From Lama guanicoe (Eukaryota): DNA of 64,000 nucleotides. The stretch lies in NCBI GenBank assembly GCA_013239625.1, contig MU054323.1:17612029-17676028 (forward strand). Reading direction: 5' to 3'. Shown here piece by piece: positions 53,151 to 64,000 of the stretch. The position numbers and the translations under genes are program-made. Numbering within the stretch: the first letter of the stretch is position 1; each line of letters begins with the position of its first letter. The notes beneath the pieces were generated by a model. The model was not told the DNA's origin. It worked only from the letters and a program-made list of their open reading frames with translations, and ran no database searches.

Positions 53151-55489
53151 CATTGCCATTCATTCAAAGTCTGGTTAAAATTTTGAATTGATGAACTAGC
53201 TTTAAACTTTTAAATTTAAAAATCATAGAATATGAAAAGCAAACACCATTATATAACTGTAAAAACATTCGCCCTGCATCTGTTTAGACACACCTGATGT
53301 TACAGTTAAGTACAATTCAATAAAAATCAAACAGATTTTTACAAGCCACATATTAAAAATAAAACTCATTAAAAAAATCAATCCACAATATTAGATTGCT
53401 GGTGTTTACAACTGTAATTATGTATAAATAAGCAGAAACTGTCTTTTCAATTTGCATAAAAATGGCAGTTTCTCTTTGTCAATTTAAAATGTTTTATAAT
53501 TGGATCAGAATTTTCAAAATAATATGTTAAAGTATTAACTGAAACTTAATAAACTGATTTTCATATCAACCAGTGAAGACCAATTATGCAATTCCCTGAT
53601 CACAGAAACACTGATTCATGTGACCAGAATTATTCCCAATTTTAACATTCTCTTATTAATGGACTGGTAAAGATCAGTGAATCATCCACAGGGGATGACA
53701 ACAGCATTAACAGTGGAATCCTTCTAAGAATAATAAAGCATTAAAAAAATCAGTATTTAAGAAGGTACACATGTGACAGACACAGCCACTGCTGAAATAA
53801 AAAATTTACCCTTTTAACTCAAAGAAGAACAAAGATATTAAAATATATAAATTGAGAAAAAATTCAAGTTTTCAGGGAAAATTCATTTCTTTTGGAAGAA
53901 AAAAACCCATAATAAACACTAATGATGTAGACTTATTATAGGCAGTACAAAACAGACTTGAACTTTTATTTCAAACTAAACTTAATTTCCATTACATGAG
54001 ACAGACATTTCAAAAAGTGCCAGCTAAGTATTTACTCCTTTCCCTTGGATGAGAAGATAAGATATTTTTTATACGTATACACACATGTGTATATACACAT
54101 GTATATGTAATAGAGTAGAAATAAAATTAGAATATCATTCTAGGAGTATATTTTAAAGAGGATAGGGCAGAGTGCACCTGCAAAACATTTAGGTGTATCA
54201 CATCAATGTTAGTCATCAATCTTCTCAAACACCATCAGACTACTTGCCTTTCCTCACCCTGTGATAAATCTTTTCTCTGTTAAGCTCCTCCTTCATACCG
54301 TCCTTTAACTCACATCTTTTTAGCACTTCACCAAATAAAATAAGACAAGATGCTACTCTCTTCAATTTTCAACTCTATTTAATCTTGCTGTGGTTCTGTT
54401 TTCTGTTTATTGAAATGAAATTCAGAGTATGGGTAATTCCATTATAGACTAGCAGAAAAAACAGGAACTCAAAGAAAGCTAGAATGATTATTTTCACAAC
54501 TGAAATTCTATTCCCAATTGACCACAAGAGGGCACACTTTCTACTGACAACACAAGTTACACAAAGTGTCCAAAATGGCTGTGGTACACAATGTACTCTT
54601 CTAAAAATAGATTTACTAATAGTTAACACCAGCACATATTTAACAGAAAAACTGTGACAGTAAACTACAGGTAAGTAGCTTACTAAAGTCAACTGTTTAC
54701 TATAGGCTTGACTTACGAATATAATTTTTCAAAATTTAAATCAGTTCAGAATTTTCTAAAGAATAACAAGTTTTAAAATTACGGTTCTTTAAAGTCAACA
54801 GAAAAACAAGTGAGCAAAAATGATTACTGCTCTTTTTGCTTTCTGAAATATCGTCCGTTAAGTAATTTACTTAACAGAATTAAGATAATTCGCACAAAGA
54901 AAGAAAAATTAAAAAAAAACTCAAGAAATCTGAATTTCTAAGCTTTTCAACATGAAAATCCTTATGTTTATTAAAGAGGTGTTAAAGCATTATGATTCAT
55001 CAGGAATCTTGGTCTTCTAGCTAAAATAAACCATATTTTAGTGTCTCTAAATTCACAGTGGTCAAATTTATAAACAGGTAAATTTAAAAATTAGTATTAT
55101 CTCTAACTCTGTAACTGCTACTCTTTTTTTCAATCATTCAGAAAAATTTATTAGAAAAAAATCAAAACAAGGTAAATATTGTAAAATATTACCTTAAATA
55201 CAGTAAAAAAAAAAAATCTAATTCAGTATCAGTAATGTAAAATTTCTAGATCTGCCCAGGGCAGAAAACCAAGGATAAATATTCTAAGCTTCTAGACCTA
55301 GTCTTCTGCCACATCATTGATTTGACCACTATCACCATTCTGACATGCTCTGAAAGTGATGCTCAGATCATGCTGCTCTTGAGTTTAAAACTCTTCAGGA
55401 GTGCACACCGTAGCTTTAAAGACACAAATTCAAATTCCCTATCAGAGAATTTAAATTATTCAATAAATATAGCACTTTTTATATTTTAT

Positions 55490-56005
55490 AACAGCTTTAT
55501 TGAGATATAATTCACATACCATAAACTTCATCCTTTTAATATATACAATTCAGTGGTTTTTAATATATTCACAGTTTTGTAACCATCATTCTCATCTCAT
55601 TTTGAAATATTTTCATCATCCCAGAAAGAAACCTCCAGACCCATTAGCAGTCACCCCCTACTCCTCCCCTCCCCAGTCCCTGACAATTAGTACTGGTTTA
55701 CTTTCTGTGTCTATGGATTTGATCATTTTCTTGATGATGCTCTTTGAAGCACAAAATTCCTTAATTCTGATGAAGCCCAACTTACCTATTTTGCTTATCT
55801 ATTTTTAGTTGCTTGTGCTTTGGGTATCACAGCTAAGAAACCATTGCCTGGAATCCAAGGTCAGGTTTTTTTCCCTTGTTTTCTTCTAAGAGTTTTTATA
55901 GTTTTAGCTCTTCCATGTAGGTCTGTGATCCATTTTGAGTGAATTTTTTATATGATGTCAGGCACGGCTCCAATTTTACTCTTTTGAATGTGGATAGCCA
56001 GTTGT
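55490..56005 (-). mobile_element. L1MB-like 3' fragment
   Basis: agctttattgagatataattcacataccataaa...gatccattttgagtgaattttt. Confidence 0.8.
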
Positions 56006-57706
56006 GAAATACAGCATTTTACCTATAGAATCATTTACTATCTGACACCTGTCTATCTTTCTAGTTTCTAATTTGCACTTTATGCTCTAGCCAAACTAAA
56101 CAACTTGCCATTCCCCAAAGCTATCCACACTTTTGCCCTTTGACACTAACTGCCTAGATAAACTCTTTCCCTAACTCCCAGATGTCTTTTAAAGCTCAGT
56201 TTAGGTTATTGTCACTTCCCACAAGCCTTTTGCTGACTCCCATTCAAGTTTAGGCATCCCCTCCTCCACACACACTCCCAAAGATCTTGGGTAACCTTTC
56301 TCAAATGGGAGTGGGCCCGGAGAGGAAAACCCTGCACACCTAAAGCTGATCTCAGTTCAGAGGAGCTCTTGTAAACTATTACATTTCAAAGCTGGCCCAG
56401 AATTCAGTCTGGTTCAGTCACCCTTTCAGAAGCCATTCATAGCAGCACTAGTGTGGGAAAGGATTTTTCTGTTATGATTGCATATTGATTGCTGAGTTAT
56501 CTCCAACTATCAAAAAAGCCTTGAGTGTGAGAATGGGTGTAAACAACATAAGAAGCAACCATTACACAGCAAAAAATGTGCTATGTACTATACAAAGTGA
56601 ATTAAATAACAACTAGTAAAAATCTGATCATCTGCTGTGTACCAAGCACATCCCAGTATTCAAGGCTTCCTGTTTAGAAAGGGCTGTCCAACATGAGTAT
56701 GAAGAAAGGTTCTGAAATGGAGGTAAAGAAATGCAAAGTTTAGTCCTGGCTTTGCCAATAATAAGCATTGGGATCTGAGCAAGTAATTTCCCTTACATCT
56801 TCTCCCTCCAATTTAAAAACAAGAAAGTAAAAAACCACAATGTTGTAAATCAACTATACTTCAATTTTAAAAAGTGAAGAAAAGATTATTTCTAAGATTC
56901 TTTTAAAAGTCGACATTTACATCAAATATTAAGTCTAAATGAACAGATTCCAATACTGAACCAGCTGGTTGGTTATCCAAGAATCATACAAGGAGTTTAA
57001 AAGAAAAACAACAAAGACCGCCACCATTGATTTCAATCAACAGATTTAGGATGGGACACAGGAATCCGTATTTAAAGCTACTGAGGTGCGTCTGATGCTC
57101 AGCCAGGTTTGGGGACCTGGTCTAAGGCACTGTGTCATGTGAATTTTCCAAAATATAAATACCAACTTCTAAATCTGAAAGGGGTGTTACAGGAGTGGCT
57201 TTATGGAAGACATACATTTAAGCAGAGGTTTGAGAAATGGACTGAATTACAACAAAGAAGAGGGGTGGGAAAGAGGGCACAGAAAGAAAAGCATGAGCAA
57301 AGGCACAGGGACAGAAGACAGGCTATTTTGAGTATACTGGGCAGGCCAAACCTCAGGGTGCCTCCCATATAAATACTCCCTTTCAGAGGGAAATGGCTAA
57401 CTCACAGCCCCTACTGAAGGAAGAGTCTGCTTGCTTCTCCAGTTGCTTGGACTAGGCACCAGGCTATTACAAGGGCAACCAATTCATAGGAAGACTGACA
57501 TCCAGGGTCACATACATTCCTGGTTTGGCCAGGACACTCCCAGGTTATGCCTACTGTCTATCAGAATTATTAATAGTGCTCACTTTCACTCTCAAAATTG
57601 TAATTACAATTTTATTTAACTTGAATGATAAATTATAAGGTCACTCTACCAATAAACCCTGAGCTGACACAAGAAAGGAAGCAGGCCAATCAGATTCTCT
57701 AAAATA

Positions 57707-57900
57707 GAGGTCAGCAAATATGCCTATTTTTATAAATGAAATTTTTCTGGAACACAGCCAGGCTCATTTGTTTAATTACTGTCTATGACTGCTTCCACAA
57801 TACAAGGTAGAGCTGAGCAGCTGAGATGGAGACCATGTAGCCCACAAAACCTGAAGTATTTACTATCTGGCCCTTTACAGGAAAAAAAAGGCTGACCCTC
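57707..57900 (+). mobile_element. MER58A-like hAT element
   Basis: gaggtcagcaaata...tatttactatctggccctttacaggaaaaaaaaggctgaccct. Confidence 0.8.
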
Positions 57901-57909
57901 CACAGCAAA

Positions 57910-60417
57910 AGAGCACTGTCCACTAGAACCTTCTGCATTAGTGGAAATGTTCTACACCTGCACTGCCCACCACAGCACACCACGCCACATGCAGAAACTG
58001 ATCAGCTGAAATGCGGCTAGTACAACTGAAGCCTGAAATGTATTTAATTTTTGTGTATGCAAGACAATATTTAAATTAGACGAGCTTTAATTTTTTTTGA
58101 GATATTTAAATTTTTTATTGAGATACAATTCACATATAATGTTGTATTAGTTTTAGGTGTACAACACAATGATTTGATATATGTATACATCACAAAATGA
58201 TTACCACAATAAGTTAATACCCATCACCACACACGTTACAAGAACTTTTTTGTGTGATAAGAACTTTTAAGATCTGTTCTCTTAGCATCTTTCAAATATA
58301 CAATACAGTATTGTTAACAATAGTCATGATGCTGTACTTTACATCCTCAGGACTTACTTAGCTTTCAACTGGAAAAAATCAACTTCAAAAAATATAGTTC
58401 TAGTTGTTTTAACACATGTATAGATTTGTATAAAGTGACTTAGCCACCATCCGTAAACAGAAAAGTTCCATTACTGCAAAAATTCCCTAGAAAGTTATAG
58501 TTTCCCCTCACTCCAACTCCTGGCAACCACTGATTTGTTCTTTGACACTGCATTTCTGTCTTTTCAAGAATTTCATGTAAATTAAATCATTATGTAACTT
58601 TTTAAGACTATCTTCTTTCATCAAGTTGCTGCATGTATCATTAGTTTGTTCTTTTTTATTAAGTCGTATGCCACTGTATGGTATGGATATACCACAATTT
58701 ATTCACTACTAGTGTTGGGACATATTGGCTGTTTTCAGTTTTTAGTAAATACGAAACAAGCCGCTATAAACATCTATCTACAGGTTACAAAAATACCCAG
58801 GAGAGGGACTGGGCCATATGGTAAGTATGTTAAATTTCTTAACAAACTGTCAAACTCTTTCTACAGGGGCTATACCACTGTTCATTTCCAGCAGCAACAT
58901 ATGGGGGTCCCAGTTCTTCCAGAACTTCCTTGCCAGAAGTTGGTATTGTACTTTTTAGCCATTTCTAACAGGTATGTAATGATACCTCATGGTGGTTTTC
59001 ATTTGGATTTCCCTAATGGCTAATGATCCTGAACATCTATTCATGTGCTTATTTGCCATCCTTTGGTCAAGTGTCTTCTAGTCTTTTGTCCAATTTTAAT
59101 TGGGATGTTTATTTTTTTACTGTTGAGTTTTGAGAGATCTTTATGTATTCTAGATACTAGTTCTTTTTCAGGCATATGATTTGCATATATTTTTCTCCCA
59201 GTCTATAACCTGTCTTCTCATTATCTTAATAGTGTCTTTTGCAGAGCATTATGGACTGAACTGTATGCCTTCAATATTCATATTCATAACCCGCCAGTAT
59301 CTCAGAATATAACTATTTGAAGACAGGCCTTTAAAGAGGTAGTTAAGGTTAAATGAAGCCATATGGATGGGCTCTAATCCATTGGTACCTACATGTTCTA
59401 ATGAGAAGAGGAAGAGAAATCAGAGATGTGTGTGCACAGAGAAAAGGCCACATGAGAACACAGCAAGAAGGCAGCCACCTACAACCCAAGGAGAGGCCTC
59501 AGGAGAAATCAACCCTAACAACACCCTGATGACTCCCAGTCTCCAGAACTGTGAGAAAATACAATTTCAATTGGGTAAGCCACCCAGTCTGTAGCATGTT
59601 GTTATGGCAGCCCTAGCAAACTAATACACTGAGCAAAATTTTACTTTTGATGAAGTCCAATTTATCAATTGTTTTCTTTCATGAATTATGCTTTTGGTGT
59701 CATGCCGAAGACCTTGCTTAATCTCAAGTTATAGAGATTTTCTCATGTTTTCTTCTAAGAGAAAAAGTTTCACATTTAGATTTATGATATATTTTGAGTT
59801 AATTTTTGTTTAATTTAATTTTGTTTTGTAAAGTTCAGGTGAATGTTCCTTTTGTTTGTTTTTTTGCATTGTATGCCCAACTGTTCCAACACTATTTGTT
59901 GAAAAGATTTTCTTTCTTTCACTGACTTGCCTTTCATCTTTGTCAAAATCATTTGGCTATATTTGTGTGGGTCTCTTTCCGGATTCTATGTATATCCACT
60001 GATCTTGTACCTATTCTTTATGCATACCACACACTATTTTGATTACAGCTTTACAGTTAAGTTTTAAAAATCAGACACTGTGATTCCTCCAACTTTATTT
60101 TTTCTTTTCAAAGTTGCTTTAGCTAGTATAGGTCCTTTGCCTCTCCATAGAAATTTTAGAATCAGTTTATTCTATATTTATTTTAAAAAATCATGCTGGG
60201 ATTCTGATCATAATTATAGAGCAATTTCTGGAGAAATGACATCTTTACTATGCAGAATCTTCCAATCCATGAACACCACTCTCTATTTAGGTTTTCTTTG
60301 GTATCTTTCATGAGTGTTTCTATAGTATTTGGCCTATAGATCCTATACATTATTTTAATTTTGATTTATTTAATAGCCACATGTGCCTAGTGATAACTGT
60401 GTTGGCCATCACAGCTC
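57910..60417. mobile_element. MER3-like hAT element split by L1 sequence (-, ~58090-60350) that itself contains an MLT1A-like LTR (59247-59628)
   Basis: MER3 left half gcactgtccactagaaccttctgc... and right half aatagccacatgtgcctagtg...cacagctcta; LTR TSD cagag/ctgag. Confidence 0.75.
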
Positions 60418-60949
60418 TAAGAAGTCTGAACCACCATGCAATATAATCCAGTGTAATAAGTCAATAAAGAGAAGAGAAAAGAACAAATGCACAGAAAAAA
60501 GTTAAGAGACCACGAGAAAGAAACAAATCTCTGAAGCTGCCCTGAGTTCCTGACAATCTTCCAGTTGCATATCACATGTATCCTTACAACAGCCTCTCTT
60601 TTCTTGAATTAACTTGAATGGCTCTTTGTTTCTTGAAGCCAGATGATTAAAGATCTAAATTTCTAGGACTATATGATACTAATTTCAAAAAAAAAAAAAC
60701 CAGATTGAAACTATCACACTAACTTTTAAAAAAAATGCGCTTAACAACTAACAATTATATTTAGGCATGGAAAATACTCTGATAAAAAAACAGCAATAAG
60801 TTACATTTCAAAGTTTAACTTTTAAATTGTTTGGAATTCAAAATAGACTTGTTTCATATCAATAATATTTTTAAATGATAATTGGTAGACCACAAATGTC
60901 AATTTAATGGAATAATATGGATAAAACTTAACAGTGGCATTAATTTTGG

Positions 60950-62950
60950 GAAAACACTAAGGGACCAGGTAACCACATTCCAACTTCCTACTACCGAAGC
61001 AGCTGCAGCAGCATCTCCAGCCCCAAGGTACTCAAACTTCAGTGCGTACAAAAATCACCTGAGGTTTTGCTTTTGGAAATACATAAGACTAAACATAAAA
61101 ATCTTCCCACTACAAATACCTAGATATAGCAGATAAGATACAACAAGTACTCTTCTAAATGCACTGCTGAACTCACAGGGAAAGAAATCTACTGGAGGCA
61201 AAAACAAAGAGAAAACAATAATTAGCTCAAAAACTATCTGTTGAATGCATTTACTGAATGAAATCAGAACGGTAAGAAACAGCGAAGCCATGACCTTAGC
61301 TTAAACTTGGAATCTAGAGAGCTGAATTTTGATTTTTATTAGATGTGGTGAAAGCTGGAATTGAGACCAGAGCATAAAAACCAGCAATACCCTTGAAAAG
61401 CCATACCCTTCAGCAAATGGAGGGGAGGGAAGGGTGTCTGTCCACTGACAAAGAGACTGAATTAAAAAACAAAACAAAACAAAACAAGTGTTTGAATTAG
61501 GCCTTCTCTGGAATGTGGTTCCCTGAAAACTCAAATTCATAATTACAACCTGTTCTCAGTTGAGTATAAATTTACAGTTCTTGCAAGGACCAAGAGTCTC
61601 AAGCCAAAATATGAGTCTAAGCTGTTTCTGGGTTGGTGGTAAATCAAGCACCTGTCGGAAAGAGAAGTAAACACACCTACAACCCATGCCCCAGGAGATT
61701 CTTAAATTCAGTATTAGCCAAATATGAAATCAAAACAAAATTATAAAATCAAAAAGAAACAAACCACTGGAGTAGCAAAAGTTATAAACAACAAAATTAA
61801 ATTTGCAAGAAGTCCAAATTTTGGAATTAATAGATACATAATATAAAATTACAATTAAGTATGCTTTAAGAGTATACTGGACTAAAGGAAGGTATTAAAT
61901 ACATGGGCCAGAAACAAGGGGCTAGCAAAAATGACCTGGCAGACAGGAAAAAAGAAGTTACTAGAATTTCTGGAAATAAAAATATACAATCCTTGAAATT
62001 AAAAACCTAATTGGAGCAGACACAGAGACAATTAGTAAATCAAATGACAGATCTGGAACAGCAAGGAGAGACAGAGATAGAAGAAAATTTTAAAATCATG
62101 ATATCTCGTAGAGACATCTCATGAAAGAGAGATTACCATATGATTTAATTAAAGTTTCAGAAGGAAAGAATAGAAAAAAAAAATGGAGAGGAAGTAATAT
62201 TCCAAGAGACTGGCTGAAAAATTTCCAAAATGGATAGAAGACATAAGACCTCAGACTCAGGAGACCCAAGTCACAAGGATGATAAATAAAAAAGAAATTG
62301 ATATCCAGACACATCATATGAAGCTGCAAAGCACCAAAGACAAAGAGGTGATCTTTAAAACCAATCAGAGAAAAAGGAGTCTGATTATCTACAAAGGAAC
62401 GACAATTACACTTCTCACAGAAACAATTTAAGTCAGAATAATAAATACTGTGCTGAGAGAAATTAAGTCAACCTAGAATGATATTCCCAGGTGAAAACAT
62501 CATTCAAGAAACAGGATAAAAAAATGTTACTTGCCAAACAAAAACTGAGTCTACCACGAAAAGGCATACATTTTTCTAAAGTGTATTTCAGGATTAAAAA
62601 AGAATCAGAAGGAAAATGTAAAATGCAAGGAGTAAAAAAAATCAAATAAAATGTCAATCTTGGATCAATATAAACAAATACTAATGACTGTGCAGACTAA
62701 TAGTAATAATGATAATAATATCTAATATATGCAGGTTTTTAAAAGCCAGAACTCAAATATTGAACAAAGTGGCATGTAAATGGGAAGGTGTGATTGACAT
62801 TTAAGTGCTCTATGGACCATGTATTGTTTAGGAAGTGTGTAGACTCAGTGAGTAATTTGCAGTCCTAGGTTAGACATATGTATTAACTATTTATTTATTT
62901 ATTATTAATTAATTAATTAAAGAGTAACTTCTAGATAAGAAATGTAGTAT
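60950..62950 (+). mobile_element. Ancient L1M 5' UTR/ORF1 remnant
   Basis: ctgaaaaatttccaaaatggatagaagacataagacctcagactcagg...agacacatcatatgaagctgcaaagcaccaaagacaaagag. Confidence 0.65.
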
Positions 62951-63400
62951 ATGGCAGTGACTCTTAATTAAGGAGGATGCTACCCCCAAATGATATTATA
63001 GCAAGGAAGTGTCTGGAATGTGTGAAGGCATTCTGAGTTATACCAATAACTGGGGATGACAACGGCATTGGGTAGGTGGGAGCCAAGGATTTTAAACATC
63101 CTGCTGTGCCTGCAAAGTGCCACACAATGATACAGTCCTGGCCAAAATGCCAACAGCCCTACACTGAGAAATACTGTATATACCTTCCAAAAATGAATTT
63201 CCAATTCAGCATGGAATATAAACAATTCAGTAAAAATCACCTTAGATATGCTTTTAATGTACAGATTCTTGGGCTTCATACATAACAGATTCTGAATCAA
63301 CAGGGCTGAGATGAGACCCAGGAACTCATGATTTTAATAACCACACAGGTGACTGTGATGCACTTGTCCATCAATGACACTTTTGAGAAACACTGCAGCC
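62950..63400. mobile_element. hAT-Charlie remnants (MER20B-like, then MER5-like)
   Basis: agccaaggattttaaacatcctgc...ggccaaaatgccaacagccctacactgagaaatactg; gattctgaatcaacagggctg...ttttgagaaacactg. Confidence 0.6.
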
Positions 63401-64000
63401 TAATGAGGGTGAAGCGGAAGATGAATGGGGTTTCAGAGACTCCTGAGACAGGGAGAGGCTCTGCAGCAAGAGATGCCCAGCGCTCAGGAGAAATCCAGCA
63501 GCAGGGAGCACGTGGCGGCAGAAGTTCACAGGCACATACCGTAAGGTGTCTCCAAGTCAGAAACTGCAGATTATAAGGGAAAGTATTCTTCTAAACTTAA
63601 TAACAATATAAGTAGAACAGTGCTTTCTCATTACGTAAGATGCTTTTTCATTTAAATACTGGAAATGAAAATACAATAGAATGGTTCAGGGACACCATCA
63701 GTTAAACAATTCAATCCACAGCCTACAAATGGACCACCTATAAAACAGATGGGAAGGTCTTTCTTTAGAAGTCCTGGCCATACCCCGACCTACACCCTTT
63801 GAGTAAGTGCTCTTCATATATCAATTCCTAACAGTTGGCATGCGACTGCAATGGAGCAGCAGAATAGTATTTCTAAAAGATAATAAATATGTTCTGGGAA
63901 AAAAAAGAGTTCCTTCGTTAAGTAAGTACCCACTGTATTCTCCTCCTAGAGAGTAACAATGCACAACAGCACATTAAAAGATTCTGAAGATTCTATAGTA

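Noticed and set aside
54375..54692. 105-aa ORF in intron 1 and a plus-strand cag|gtaagt donor at ~54668-54676
   Set aside because: Non-ATG start and no recognisable homology; a lone antisense donor is expected by chance in 64 kb.

Overview
Mammalian genomic DNA, AT-rich and repeat-dense. It is probably camelid, judged from a Vic-1-type tRNA-derived SINE. The whole window lies inside the MAP4K3 (GLK) gene on the minus strand. I read 11 coding exons (exons 2-12 by comparison with the human protein as I recall it; 822 nt, about residues 33-306). All have GT-AG boundaries and a continuous frame, covering most of the STE20/GCK kinase domain: K45, HRD, DFG, activation-loop S170 and APE. Exon 1 and exons 13 onward lie outside the window. 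The introns are filled with L1, L2, L3/CR1, MIR, MaLR LTR, hAT/Tigger and microsatellite remnants, often nested. Repeat subfamily names and most repeat boundaries are by-eye and approximate; exon coordinates are exact. I found no convincing new biological system. The most unusual item is a ~276-bp foldback insert (15721-15996) made of head-to-head ~29-30-bp repeats inside an MLT1 LTR. Next are a candidate 39-nt poison exon in intron 1 and several L1 insertion structures that show their mechanism.
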